A stretch of 64,000 nucleotides of DNA from Escherichia phage GoldenSnicker: sequence record OR896832.1. The stretch is one strand, 5' to 3'. Both the position numbers and the translations under genes were made by a program. Positions within the stretch are counted from its first letter, which is position 1; each line of letters opens with the position of its first letter. Shown one piece after another: positions 35,563-45,337 of the stretch. Under the pieces are notes generated by a model. That model was given only the letters and a program-made list of their open reading frames with translations. It was not told where the DNA came from and did no database searches.

Positions 35563-37231
35563 TCATTTCAGTGAATCGCCCACGTTTAACCATCTTGAGA
35601 TGACGGCTAAAATCATCAGGGTTATGGTCACGATGGCTGATAATATACACGTTATCATCTAACTTGTCAATGATGGAATCAAGTGCTTTTACGCCTTGAA
35701 CATCCGTAGCCCCATCATAAATTTCGTCGAGTACCAACAAAGAAATATTAGTACCAGATACTTTACCAGCAACATCACGCCATGTAAAGAGCATCGCAAG
35801 GTCAATACGTGCCTTTTCGCCTTGACTGAATGATGTATACGAAAACGATTCACGCCCCCGTGATTTGATTGTTTCGTTAAACTCTTCATCTAGCGTAAAG
35901 ATATAATCCGCTTCCATGATATCAAGATAATATGCAATCCGATCATTGAAATATGGAATATATTTCTTGACGATAGACGCCTTAACACCGGAATCCTTCA
36001 ACATTTCTGTTACAAATCCACGGTGATATTTTTCAAGAACTAGCTTTGATTTTTCATTAGTAATCTCTACCAGTTCGTGTTCCAGTTTAGCAAGTTCTTC
36101 GGAATTGTCAACCCTTTCTTTTTGTAATTCCTGAATTGCTTTCTGGATCTGTTTAGCACGACCTACAGATGCCGTTAAATTCGCTCGCTGCGACTCTATA
36201 GCGCGTTTAATTTCCAAGACCTTAGTTTGTGCTGCCTGGAAAGAATTGGCTTTCTCTGCGTATTCTACGCGTTTCTCGTCAATCAGAGACAGTTTATGTT
36301 CCGCTTGTGCTTTTTGTTCGCGTACAGCCTGATCATTACCCTGAATGATCGGTTGTGTGCACGTAGGACAGATCCCGCCTTTCTCGTGCATATGGATAAC
36401 ACGGTCAAAGTTCTGGATCTGCGCACCAATCTGTGCGATAGCAGTATTAATTTTAGCCAATGCCGCGCTAGGATCTTCCGGCATAACAACAGCCAATAGC
36501 TCATCGGTCAAGCGTGTTTCTTCGGCTTTAAATGCTTTAGCCGATTCTACCTCTTTATCATACATATTCTGTAAACGCTGGAGATTCTCGGCACTCGCCT
36601 TGCTAGCGTCTTCTATGTACTTTTTATGAGTGTTGATTTGTTGCTGAACGTGATTAGCTTTCATTTCCTGCATTTGGATATTCTGGGTAATCTCGCGCAC
36701 ATACGCTTTATTCAGTTTATCCATTTCGCCTAGCGTAGCAATATCAAGCAAATCCTCGACCAGTTTACGGCGACCCGCTGCCGGAAGACTCATAAACGGA
36801 ACATAACCAGCAGTGCCTAAAACAACGATCTGTTTGAAGCTGGCTAGGTTCATGCCTATGATACCTTCAAAATATTCCTGAAAGTCTTTGGTGCTTGCGC
36901 TCTCGTCGATCTTTTGACCGTCGCGATGCACTTCGAATACTTCCGGTTTTTGACCACGTTTTATATAAAACTCTTTCCCGTCCAGTTCAAACCAGACTTC
37001 GACTAACAGTTTCTTTTTGTTGACGCTGTTAATCAATTGGCCTTTCTTGATACTACGAAACGGTTTACCGAACAACACAAAGCAAAGCGCCTCGATCATT
37101 GTTGATTTACCAGCACCGTTAACACCAGTGATTAGTGTCTTTTTGAATCCGTCTAGCTGAATCTCAACAGGTTCAGCACCCACGCTCATTATATTTTGAT
37201 AGCGCAAGGTTTTAAAATTTAACTTTGCCAT
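35549..37231 (-). CDS. 46: recombination nuclease subunit gp46 (Rad50/SbcC-like ATPase)
   Basis: Start at MAKLNFKTLRYQNIMSVG..; Walker A GVNGAGKST; long coiled coil; ABC signature; position as T4 gene 46. Confidence 0.88.
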   Translation of the reverse strand: MAKLNFKTLRYQNIMSVGAEPVEIQLDGFKKTLITGVNGAGKSTMIEALCFVLFGKPFRSIKKGQLINSVNKKKLLVEVWFELDGKEFYIKRGQKPEVFEVHRDGQKIDESASTKDFQEYFEGIIGMNLASFKQIVVLGTAGYVPFMSLPAAGRRKLVEDLLDIATLGEMDKLNKAYVREITQNIQMQEMKANHVQQQINTHKKYIEDASKASAENLQRLQNMYDKEVESAKAFKAEETRLTDELLAVVMPEDPSAALAKINTAIAQIGAQIQNFDRVIHMHEKGGICPTCTQPIIQGNDQAVREQKAQAEHKLSLIDEKRVEYAEKANSFQAAQTKVLEIKRAIESQRANLTASVGRAKQIQKAIQELQKERVDNSEELAKLEHELVEITNEKSKLVLEKYHRGFVTEMLKDSGVKASIVKKYIPYFNDRIAYYLDIMEADYIFTLDEEFNETIKSRGRESFSYTSFSQGEKARIDLAMLFTWRDVAGKVSGTNISLLVLDEIYDGATDVQGVKALDSIIDKLDDNVYIISHRDHNPDDFSRHLKMVKRGRFTEMNVNI

Positions 37232-37475
37232 TAATCCACTCCGCAATCACACATTCCATAATATTAAATGCTAACACATCTTCATCAATATTGTAAACAC
37301 TTGCCGCCTTCACTTTAACTAATGTGTCTCTGCGATCTGGCAACATGATCACATAATCCAGTGTCGCCGGATCATATGTCATAAAGGGATCAACATAAAT
37401 CCCTTTATTCAATGCCAGATATTCGCGAAGACCTTCTATAACCCTGTGTCTAAGGTAGGTCATCGATAGAATCAT
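37212..37475 (-). CDS. hypothetical protein (87 aa)
   Basis: Track ORF between genes 47 and 46. Confidence 0.5.
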   Translation of the reverse strand: MILSMTYLRHRVIEGLREYLALNKGIYVDPFMTYDPATLDYVIMLPDRRDTLVKVKAASVYNIDEDVLAFNIMECVIAEWINGKVKF

Positions 37476-38056
37476 TTTAGTTTATGTTCCTCTAAAAATT
37501 CTTCAATTTCACCTTGCAGGTCTTCCGCTTGTTGTTCCAGAATATCGCGAAATTCACCTACAGTCAAGCGATAATCACACTTCACCAGTCGATGTGGGAG
37601 AATATACCCTTTATACATCGTCTCTGACGCTTCCAGGAATACCCCACTATGCATGACAGAGATCCAACCTGTTAGCGTCAATGGAGTATTCGGAAAATAA
37701 TATTTGCTGGATTGTTTCCACTGGACGAAAGCACCATATACAATCGGATTATATTCACCAACCACACTCTTAATAATGGATTCTACTTTGTCTTTTACAA
37801 AGTCGCCAATATCCATAGTTATCATCAACTCTTTTGGATTAATGATTTTAAGGTAACGACGGTAGCCGTCATCATACCACATCTTAACAACTGACCGATC
37901 AATATTCGCTTTCAGATAGCCATAGATCGGATTCTTGTAATATGATTGTTTTAGTGTGTATGTGTGCACCAATTTAATAAAATGTTCCATTACCAACAAA
38001 TCAGAATCAGCCGCGACCATAGTCGTATTCATAATATGTTCCTCGTTCAATCTCAT
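37472..38056 (-). CDS. hypothetical protein (194 aa)
   Basis: Track ORF. Confidence 0.5.
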   Translation of the reverse strand: MRLNEEHIMNTTMVAADSDLLVMEHFIKLVHTYTLKQSYYKNPIYGYLKANIDRSVVKMWYDDGYRRYLKIINPKELMITMDIGDFVKDKVESIIKSVVGEYNPIVYGAFVQWKQSSKYYFPNTPLTLTGWISVMHSGVFLEASETMYKGYILPHRLVKCDYRLTVGEFRDILEQQAEDLQGEIEEFLEEHKLK

Positions 38057-38324
38057 ATTGTTTCAGGTCTTCTAAAAGTTCATCCACTGCTTGTTTCAGC
38101 ACATGACGCAGCGTAAAGTAATAGCTTTCATCAAATTCTATTTCCGCGCGAGGAATAGAACGAAACTTACACTTAACAGTAGTATCAGTGAGTCGCTTTT
38201 CGACCATCATCCGAACTTCTTCATGCTCTTTGGAATACCATACATCAACGGAGATCCCCTTACGTCGAGCAAACATAGGCAATGCCGCATTAAATTCCAT
38301 TACCTTTTGTGCAAGTGTTTTCAT
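38007..38324 (-). CDS. hypothetical protein (105 aa)
   Basis: Track ORF; overlaps neighbour by ~50 nt, start uncertain. Confidence 0.4.
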   Translation of the reverse strand: MKTLAQKVMEFNAALPMFARRKGISVDVWYSKEHEEVRMMVEKRLTDTTVKCKFRSIPRAEIEFDESYYFTLRHVLKQAVDELLEDLKQYEIERGTYYEYDYGRG

Positions 38325-38572
38325 CGTACAGACCCCATAGATCCACGCGCAATAACATTCTGGGTAATATCAGCAACCTTACGGGATACAATGTTTGTTA
38401 GCCCCTCTTTGGTGATATGTTCACGATCAAATGGGATTTCGTCATGAGTCCACAAACCATAGTTAGACCGAAATGATAGCATATACTGACCATCTCGCAC
38501 AACCTCAAATACATGGATCTTAGTGAATTTCGATAAACCTTCGTTGATTTCTTTCAGTGCATTAGCAATCAT
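38321..38572 (-). CDS. hypothetical protein (83 aa)
   Basis: Track ORF trimmed to ATG after TTGGAGGTTGTT; downstream of promoter 38598..38626. Confidence 0.5.
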   Translation of the reverse strand: MIANALKEINEGLSKFTKIHVFEVVRDGQYMLSFRSNYGLWTHDEIPFDREHITKEGLTNIVSRKVADITQNVIARGSMGSVR

Positions 38573-38597
38573 AACAACCTCCAATCAATTTTTAGAG

Positions 38598-38626
38598 AGT
38601 ATACCGGGGATTTCTCCCCGCGTCAA
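38598..38626 (-). promoter_or_regulatory. sigma70-type promoter (TTGACG-17-TATACT) with palindromic spacer CGGGGA-gaaa-TCCCCG
   Basis: Minus-strand TTGACGCGGGGAGAAATCCCCGGTATACT directly after gene 47 stop. Confidence 0.6.
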
Positions 38627-39652
38627 CTAACTTTTTGCGCTATTTACTTCGGCTAAAAGTTCATCAGAAATACGCTTGACCGCCGCAAGTTCTTCCGGTT
38701 CTAGGTTTTGTTCTTCCAGATATTCATAGACCATCTGAATAGTGCTTTTAACTTCAATAACACCTGTTTCCTGTGATGCGCTACTCTCCAGTTTATGGAC
38801 CACTTTTAGCTTGTGTACAACGGCCTCTAACGCGCTTTCTAACTTAGTTAACCCATTATCAGCAACCGTTGCAATAAGACGCACACTAAGCCCCTTAAAG
38901 CGTTCTACATCGATTTTATCATCTGACGGGTAAGTGATACGCACATGATAAGTTTTGTCATTCTGGATAAACTCTTTTTTGTGTGTATCGGTATCGAATA
39001 CCCAAAAACCACGCGGATCGTTTTCGTCACCAGCCGTTAGTGTGTATGGTGTACCAATATACGTTACGTTACCGCCATCACTGATAGTATGAAAGTGACC
39101 AGAAAACACTTCACGGTATTTCTTGAGGAAGTCCGCGCTATAACCTTCTGATTTTAGCCCTTTATAGAAATAGTAACCGGACAATTCCCAATGGCCTACA
39201 CAATATTCGCTGAATGAGTTTTGAATAAACTCTAAAATCTCTGATTTATTGTCATCACAAAACCACGGGAACAGATCAAATGATACACCATCAAAGGTAA
39301 CTGTTTCCGGTTTATCAATAACTTTAATACAATCATACTGGCTTAACACTTCACGCGGTGCGTTAGGCTGGATCTTGTTTCGTTTAAACATATCATGGTT
39401 CCCGACCGTGGTATAACAAGTAATATCAGCCTCTTCCAGTAACGGGATGATTTTCGTTCTATTAAAACGCATAGTTGCATGTGTGATTGCTTTTCGGCAA
39501 TCAAACCAGTCCCCTGTCTGAATCCATGTCTTAATATTATGCTCTTTGGAGTATTCAACCGCTTTCTTGATGGTGTCAAGAATATACTCATGCACCCACG
39601 GATCATCGCCACCGATACCAGTATGCAGATCACCTAAAAGCAAAATTTTCAT
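38627..39652 (-). CDS. 47: recombination nuclease subunit gp47 (Mre11/SbcD-like)
   Basis: 341 aa; phosphoesterase motifs (MKILLLGDLH.., ..GNHD.., ..GHFH..); position as T4 gene 47. Confidence 0.88.
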   Translation of the reverse strand: MKILLLGDLHTGIGGDDPWVHEYILDTIKKAVEYSKEHNIKTWIQTGDWFDCRKAITHATMRFNRTKIIPLLEEADITCYTTVGNHDMFKRNKIQPNAPREVLSQYDCIKVIDKPETVTFDGVSFDLFPWFCDDNKSEILEFIQNSFSEYCVGHWELSGYYFYKGLKSEGYSADFLKKYREVFSGHFHTISDGGNVTYIGTPYTLTAGDENDPRGFWVFDTDTHKKEFIQNDKTYHVRITYPSDDKIDVERFKGLSVRLIATVADNGLTKLESALEAVVHKLKVVHKLESSASQETGVIEVKSTIQMVYEYLEEQNLEPEELAAVKRISDELLAEVNSAKS

Positions 39653-39684
39653 AGTCTCTTCCTCTCTTCGTTTTCGATGCTCTC

Positions 39685-39713
39685 ACTATATCACAGAAAA
39701 ATAAAAAGGGAAA
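39685..39713 (-). promoter_or_regulatory. possible extended -10 promoter (TGaTATAGT) upstream of gene 47
   Basis: Minus-strand ..TTATTTTTCTGTGATATAGTGAGAG; poor -35. Confidence 0.35.
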
Positions 39714-39722
39714 CCCCTTTAA
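39697..39722 (-). terminator. weak terminator-like hairpin
   Basis: Minus-strand AAAGGG-GTTT-CCCTTT followed by TTATTTTTC. Confidence 0.4.
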
Positions 39723-39743
39723 GAGTCTCCCTTATAAAAGCCA

Positions 39744-40031
39744 TTACAGCATACTTAATACCGTTTGCCGTGTACTAATCCACATAGCAGAAAGCAGTTC
39801 TGGCGTGTGTGGCTGTTTGTAGATATCACGTAACTTTCCGATAGCGTAGATATACGCATCACGATTATCATCGATGATAGCTTGTTCAGCCCACCGCTTA
39901 AGGCGTGCAATCTCTCGCGAGTTCTTACGCAAGATCTTTTCCGCTTTCTTAGCGGCTTTAGCCTCTAGTTCTGCTTGTACTTTGTCTACTTCATTCACTG
40001 CAATCTGGTCATGCTGTTCATCGTAAGTCAT
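39744..40031 (-). CDS. hypothetical protein (95 aa)
   Basis: Track ORF. Confidence 0.5.
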   Translation of the reverse strand: MTYDEQHDQIAVNEVDKVQAELEAKAAKKAEKILRKNSREIARLKRWAEQAIIDDNRDAYIYAIGKLRDIYKQPHTPELLSAMWISTRQTVLSML

Positions 40032-40032
40032 G

Positions 40033-40266
40033 TTATTTTCCTTCTGGGATATAGTCGATGATTAAAGAAAATTCATCTTCTGATACATTATAGCTATGTG
40101 AGATTGTACCCGTAAAGACCTCAAGATCCGGTGATTTGATATTGCACGGATCGATAATCACCGGAACGCCGCAATCTCTCAAAAATAATTTGGCGAAATA
40201 CGGCACGAGGTCAGTTTCAAACTCTGCTTCTTCCAGCAAACGGGAAATGTTAATTTTCAATCTCAT
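40033..40266 (-). CDS. hypothetical protein (77 aa)
   Basis: Track ORF overlapping gene 55 stop. Confidence 0.5.
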   Translation of the reverse strand: MRLKINISRLLEEAEFETDLVPYFAKLFLRDCGVPVIIDPCNIKSPDLEVFTGTISHSYNVSEDEFSLIIDYIPEGK

Positions 40267-40783
40267 AAAATTGGTCCAGGCTAGGCAATTCCTCGGTCAA
40301 TACATCTTCAACCTTTGGCGCTTTCGGTTTATTGACCGATTCCTCGTAGTTGTTGATTTTATCGTAAATGTCCTGTATGAATGCCTCATCAGCAATCTGG
40401 CACATATCAGCGTCGCGTTCGTCATATACATGATGCACAAAATATTTGTATTTTGCGGCTGTCGCTGTTCTCTCTTTTTTAATGCGCTGTACAAAAGCAT
40501 TAAAGCACGCTTGCGTGATGTAAGCATGAGGATTTTTATACTTTGTCTCGTCAAAATTAATCAAACCCTTGACCGCCGCTTCGATTCCGTCGTCGATCAT
40601 TTCTTCGCGCCATGTTTGACTATAACCAGAAAAGTTAAAACGACGTGATAGATTTTTAGAGATTTGCATAATTGCTAGGCCGATTTGATCGCTCATTGGA
40701 ACTTGCCGACCTTGTGCTGCAATTTGTTGTTTCCAACGGCAAATTTCTTCGTAAAGCTCTTTATTGTTTACATAATCAGACAC
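40250..40783 (-). CDS. 55: late-transcription sigma factor gp55
   Basis: 177 aa (GTG start); ..[58 protein letters not shown].. near-identical to T4 gp55 core. Confidence 0.9.
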   Translation of the reverse strand: MSDYVNNKELYEEICRWKQQIAAQGRQVPMSDQIGLAIMQISKNLSRRFNFSGYSQTWREEMIDDGIEAAVKGLINFDETKYKNPHAYITQACFNAFVQRIKKERTATAAKYKYFVHHVYDERDADMCQIADEAFIQDIYDKINNYEESVNKPKAPKVEDVLTEELPSLDQFYEIEN

Positions 40784-40823
40784 TTCGCACCCTCGCTATT
40801 ATTTAGGAAATAACCCTTTCGGG

Positions 40824-42293
40824 CTATTCCCCATTGCCATTATACTTTCTTTGCTTAGTTATCCACACTCTAACCATCTCTACTGATTCACCGTCAGACG
40901 GATCAAGAGTTTTTCCCTTTTTCTTCATGCGGTACTTAAATCCGTTAAATCTTGCATTCTCTTGCTCGTTAAAGTCGAACATCTTTTTAAATGATTTTCG
41001 CCCTTTACGCTCACCACATTCTAGCGGAATCATTCGGTCTGTTATTACATTGGCATTAGGTAGAAACGTTTTTAGATAATCTACCAACGCCCAATCAGGA
41101 ACATATAGATTAACATTCTCCTTGCTCTCGTTGTCTCTCAGGTTACAACGCAAACATAATTGAAATGCTGGTTCCAGATAATCAGACACATGACGCGCTT
41201 TCAAAAACTCATTTGTCGGGAGATCACAACTATTAGCAAGACCTTTTAAAATATCAATCTCCCATCGTTGAGGGTTAAAGCTGAACATCACAGCAACATT
41301 TTTATGATGAATGTAAGAGTTAAGACCATAAGACCCGTAAGGTATCCGCTCACCAATACCATTTGTACACGCTTCTCGGTCCCGATTCACGGTATAAATG
41401 AAGTCATCGCCACATTCATTTTTAACCATATCAACAAGACGTTCAAAGGTATTGTTTGTTTCTGACTGGTGACGCGACCATCGTTCAGAGTCCGTCATAA
41501 GGATGATATTAACTCTATCTGTATTTTTATACTCTTTGAAATATAGTCTGGATTCTAGCGCACTCGGAACAAAATCGCAATTTGCATAGTATCGTAGATA
41601 CTTCCCACTATATGTATCAAATAGATTTGCACATGCTATCGTAACCTTTTTAAAGTCTCCCCACGTACCGTGTTTGTTATCGTTCAAGAAAACAATTTTC
41701 GACCCATTCTTCCGGTGTCCTTCGTTATGTTTTACCATAACGTTGATTTTCTTCTCTAATAACGCCTCATAAAGCCCTCTAAGAGAAGAATCGATCATAT
41801 CAGTACCATCCTTTGCACTTTCTATCTTTTCTTTGATAGCGGCCTTCTCAGAGTCTTTTAGAACTAAGTTCTGTAGGCATTCCGATTCGTCGGCGATTGG
41901 TTCGCAATGCTTCGTGATAAGTTCAAGATTAGACTTAAACGGATACTCATTAAATTCAACCAGTTGAGGAACTTCATCAATGTAAAGAGCATATTCACCA
42001 AACATTTTTGAACGTTCCATATTAGATAACGCTGTATGTGTAATGAATATCACATCAGCACCGTCTTTAACTGATTGCATTATCGACGCTTGCACTGTCT
42101 TAAGGCTTCTTAGTCTTGTGCTATCAATCAAGACAGCACGACCGCCCATTCTTTTAAACTTATTGTAAGATTGTTCACTTAAAACACGAGATGGCGAAGC
42201 AATAACCGCTTTTTCTTTTGTCTCTAGGACGTGGGAAAGTATAGCATCAGTTTTCCCCGCCGCTGGCAATGCGATTAATGTTTCAATCTTCAT
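40824..42293 (-). CDS. P-loop NTPase of unknown function (489 aa)
   Basis: Walker A LIALPAAGKTD and Walker B-like LYIDEVPQ in N-terminal ~170 aa; ~300-aa C-terminal region without recognisable motifs. Confidence 0.6.
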   Translation of the reverse strand: MKIETLIALPAAGKTDAILSHVLETKEKAVIASPSRVLSEQSYNKFKRMGGRAVLIDSTRLRSLKTVQASIMQSVKDGADVIFITHTALSNMERSKMFGEYALYIDEVPQLVEFNEYPFKSNLELITKHCEPIADESECLQNLVLKDSEKAAIKEKIESAKDGTDMIDSSLRGLYEALLEKKINVMVKHNEGHRKNGSKIVFLNDNKHGTWGDFKKVTIACANLFDTYSGKYLRYYANCDFVPSALESRLYFKEYKNTDRVNIILMTDSERWSRHQSETNNTFERLVDMVKNECGDDFIYTVNRDREACTNGIGERIPYGSYGLNSYIHHKNVAVMFSFNPQRWEIDILKGLANSCDLPTNEFLKARHVSDYLEPAFQLCLRCNLRDNESKENVNLYVPDWALVDYLKTFLPNANVITDRMIPLECGERKGRKSFKKMFDFNEQENARFNGFKYRMKKKGKTLDPSDGESVEMVRVWITKQRKYNGNGE

Positions 42294-42580
42294 TAGAAAC
42301 CCTTACGTCGTGCTTTCTGGCATTTCTTGATCATTTTATCAGAAATTTCGCGCTTAGGTGCAATCTCTTTCACACCGAAAGCACTAATGCCAAATTCAGA
42401 GAGAATATATTCAACCAACAATTCACGCACACGCGCTTTACCGATATTCACGCCGTTATTTTTCAGATATGTCTGGCCTTCGACTTGCATCAGATCTAAA
42501 TCTGCGTCGGTAATATTGATTTCTTCCATGCGCCCAAATCGAGAATAAACCATGTGTGCGATTGCATTGTGTACTAACAT
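42293..42580 (-). CDS. hypothetical protein (95 aa)
   Basis: Start at ATG after GAGGAATATATT RBS. Confidence 0.5.
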   Translation of the reverse strand: MLVHNAIAHMVYSRFGRMEEINITDADLDLMQVEGQTYLKNNGVNIGKARVRELLVEYILSEFGISAFGVKEIAPKREISDKMIKKCQKARRKGF

Positions 42581-42601
42581 AATATATTCCTCACTCAAGA
42601 A

Positions 42602-42760
42602 TTACTTAATGATACTTACTTTACCAGATCCGTGACAATGAGCGCAACACCCATCACCGCGCAATCCTGTTCCGTTACAGTGTTTACACTTCTTCAACGG
42701 TAAAGTCATTATAGCAAATAAAGCAATAATGAACACCGAAACTAAATTCTCAATAATCAT
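42602..42760 (-). CDS. small membrane-anchored DnaJ-type zinc-finger protein (52 aa), not in ORF track
   Basis: Hand translation MIIENLVSVFIIALFAIMTLPLKKCKHCNGTGLRGDGCCAHCHGSGKVSIIK; two CxxCxGxG repeats after a TM helix. Confidence 0.45.
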   Translation of the reverse strand: MIIENLVSVFIIALFAIMTLPLKKCKHCNGTGLRGDGCCAHCHGSGKVSIIK

Positions 42761-43019
42761 AAATAGCCCTCAGTTCTTTATAGCCTCCAATGTGCTCGTT
42801 GTCAATGAATATCTGGGGGTATACAAACCGGAGGCTCTTTGAGTTTAGCCTCCCCGCCAGTTCTTCAATCATATCACGGTCGGGAATAATGTCAACCCCA
42901 ACCTGCTTGAATACTGGTTTAAGTGTATACGGAATACCCAGATCATCCAGTAGCTTCATTGCACCAATACAACCATAACAATGATAAGCCTCTTTCGGTA
43001 TACCGTATATCTCGATCAT
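42750..43019 (-). CDS. nrdH: glutaredoxin-like protein (NrdH-like)
   Basis: 89 aa; CYGC redox motif near N-terminus; position of T4 nrdH upstream of nrdG. Confidence 0.6.
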   Translation of the reverse strand: MIEIYGIPKEAYHCYGCIGAMKLLDDLGIPYTLKPVFKQVGVDIIPDRDMIEELAGRLNSKSLRFVYPQIFIDNEHIGGYKELRAIYDY

Positions 43020-43492
43020 TTCTCAGCCTTTAATCTTTCTAGTTCTTCTTCCAGTTCCTTGATCCGTTGGTCACGTTCAAAGTCACGCTGTAACTTAGTG
43101 GCGAATACTCGTTTAAACTGATTGTAATCATCGATTTTAAACACTTCTTCTTCGCCATAGCGACGCACAGAAACTTCGTAGTTATTGAAGAATTGTTGCA
43201 TCATTGCTTCGGATGATAGCTCTGCTGATACCACTTTAAAATATTGATCTTCTGTAGGCGAAAACCAATTACAAGCATAAAGATAAACCTTTTCATTGTC
43301 TGGACACTGGTAAGCCTTACCATCGATTTCAATCACAGAAACATATTCAGGTATACTAGATGAATCAATAGCTAAGACTTTAAACGCACGGTCCCCGATA
43401 AACTCGGAGATCACACGATTCGCATCACTGGTTGCAAATGCTTTACGCGCTTGTTCGTTTTTCCACTGATAGGTCATACCAACAACAAACAT
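43016..43492 (-). CDS. hypothetical protein, member of W-x-GKTY paralog family
   Basis: Start at MFVVGMTYQWKNE.. after GAGGA RBS; shares ~90-aa domain (..FKVL..IEIDGK.Y..F..EV) with 43494..45327 and 49703..51791 genes. Confidence 0.55.
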   Translation of the reverse strand: MFVVGMTYQWKNEQARKAFATSDANRVISEFIGDRAFKVLAIDSSSIPEYVSVIEIDGKAYQCPDNEKVYLYACNWFSPTEDQYFKVVSAELSSEAMMQQFFNNYEVSVRRYGEEEVFKIDDYNQFKRVFATKLQRDFERDQRIKELEEELERLKAEK

Positions 43493-43493
43493 A

Positions 43494-44318
43494 TTACCAT
43501 CCTCGCTCTTTACCAATCAAAAATTCAACTTCACGACGTTTAATGTCTTCTTGAAGGTCTTTAATCTTCTGGCGATCTTGCATGATTTCATCCATCTTGT
43601 CAAGTGCCGCAATGAAATCATCGAAACGTTCAAAGGTTTTACCTTCATTTGCTTCGCCAAATTTAACCATTGTCAGGCCGTAACGACTACTAAACAGACG
43701 TTTCAACTGTCCAACGATTTTAGAATCAGTGGTTATAACTTCCAATTCTTCTACTTCACGAAAGATTTTTCTATCAGAATCAATAAACCAGCTAGTTCCT
43801 TTATGGTCTCTATCTTCGGTTGCGCTCATTAGAGTATGGTCTTTACCATCAATTTCAATTACATCAATTTGCCCACATGGACTAACATTTTTAACAGTAA
43901 AAGGTCTATAATTTATTGCTCGTGCAATAACATAATTAAGGTTAGATACGTTTTCAGCATAATGGCAGAAGTCGGTCATAGCATTCGCATCTTTCCAAGT
44001 ATAAGTTTTACCAACTTCCCATTTCTGGGGAACTTCTTCAACTTCACGAAAGAATTTTCTATCGAATGGACTAAAGAAATATGTTGCCGTCCAAATGTCT
44101 TTTCCTGTAGCAGTTTTCGCCGTATGATAAACACCGTCTAGCTCTATTGCATCAATCCAACCGTTACCATCGATCTCGATGATGGTAAATGGCTTGTCAC
44201 CAATAGCTGCACTAATATCGCTGTTAAGTGGAGAAAGAACACCTTCTCCGTTAGTAATAAACTCAGTTTTAGCGTTTTCGTCTTTCCAGGTGTAAGTTTT
44301 ACCAATTTCCCATTTCAT
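43494..44318 (-). CDS. hypothetical protein with two tandem copies of the W-E-x-GKTY-x-WKD domain
   Basis: 274 aa; MKWEIGKTYTWKDENAK.. and internal ..QKWEVGKTYTWKDANAM.. repeats, each followed by ..IEIDG..F.REVEE. Confidence 0.6.
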   Translation of the reverse strand: MKWEIGKTYTWKDENAKTEFITNGEGVLSPLNSDISAAIGDKPFTIIEIDGNGWIDAIELDGVYHTAKTATGKDIWTATYFFSPFDRKFFREVEEVPQKWEVGKTYTWKDANAMTDFCHYAENVSNLNYVIARAINYRPFTVKNVSPCGQIDVIEIDGKDHTLMSATEDRDHKGTSWFIDSDRKIFREVEELEVITTDSKIVGQLKRLFSSRYGLTMVKFGEANEGKTFERFDDFIAALDKMDEIMQDRQKIKDLQEDIKRREVEFLIGKERGW

Positions 44319-44330
44319 AATATATTCCCC

Positions 44331-44795
44331 TTAACCGATTTTATCAAGTTCGTTTAATGCTTTCTCTGCTTCCTGTATAGCTTGCACCCTTTCCGGCATT
44401 TTGTCAAGAAAATCTTTCAACTCTTCAAAACTGGAGATATGACGCAATGCGTTAGCACCGATAGCCGCATGTGATTTGCATTCAAAGCGGATTTTATAAT
44501 TATCCATCGCCAACTTGAGAAGATCAATTAATTTAGATTCTTCTGGAATAATAATTTCTTCAAATCTGCTACGGTCATGATCCAGAAACCAACAAGATAG
44601 ACCTACATCGGTTGAACTCATATAAGTTCCATCATGAAGATAAACAGACCGCACGTATCCTTTTTTCGCATCAACCGACGCAACTTTAAACGGTAATCGC
44701 AGATATTTCAAATAATCAACATCATACCATTTAAAAAATTGGTTTGCATCTTTTACATCTTTCCACGCATAGGTCTTACCAGCTTCCCATTTCAT
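44331..44795 (-). CDS. hypothetical protein, W-E-x-GKTY paralog family
   Basis: Start at MKWEAGKTYAWKD; C-terminal coiled coil. Confidence 0.55.
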   Translation of the reverse strand: MKWEAGKTYAWKDVKDANQFFKWYDVDYLKYLRLPFKVASVDAKKGYVRSVYLHDGTYMSSTDVGLSCWFLDHDRSRFEEIIIPEESKLIDLLKLAMDNYKIRFECKSHAAIGANALRHISSFEELKDFLDKMPERVQAIQEAEKALNELDKIG

Positions 44796-44799
44796 AATA

Positions 44800-45327
44800 T
44801 CATCTCTCATTTTTGATACGTGATTCTAATTGGATCATACGGTCGCGCGTTTGTTTGTATTCTCGGATAGCACCGATCCGGCTAGGCATACCATCCAGTA
44901 CGCTCTTAATACCTTCTAGGGTAGTAATTTTGGCAATGCTATTATGTAACCCCATCTTATCGATCAACTGAATGTCGTAGGCTTCCATAAGCAGACCCAG
45001 GTGTTCTAAAGTTAGGTCTTCTTCTTTTTCTTCCGAATCTGGAATCTTAGGTTCAATAATAACTTCGGTAAAGAAACGACGCTCACCCGACCAAAACCAC
45101 ACACCGGAACAGCCAATAGGGGATTCTTTTAACGTCATAGAGTCGAAATCACTACCAATAATAGTAATTTCTCTAACATCACCATCATCGTCAAGGTCTT
45201 CTACCCTAAACGGGCGACCAGCCAACAAGTCAACAATACATCTGTTAATAGACGACGAAAATTTAGTCAGTTCGGCTTTCGACGCTTCGCATTCAATCTT
45301 GTAAGTTTTACCAACTTCCCATTCCAT
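44800..45327 (-). CDS. hypothetical protein, W-E-x-GKTY paralog family
   Basis: Start at MEWEVGKTYKIE after GAGGTGATTATT RBS. Confidence 0.55.
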   Translation of the reverse strand: MEWEVGKTYKIECEASKAELTKFSSSINRCIVDLLAGRPFRVEDLDDDGDVREITIIGSDFDSMTLKESPIGCSGVWFWSGERRFFTEVIIEPKIPDSEEKEEDLTLEHLGLLMEAYDIQLIDKMGLHNSIAKITTLEGIKSVLDGMPSRIGAIREYKQTRDRMIQLESRIKNER

Positions 45328-45337
45328 AATAATCACC

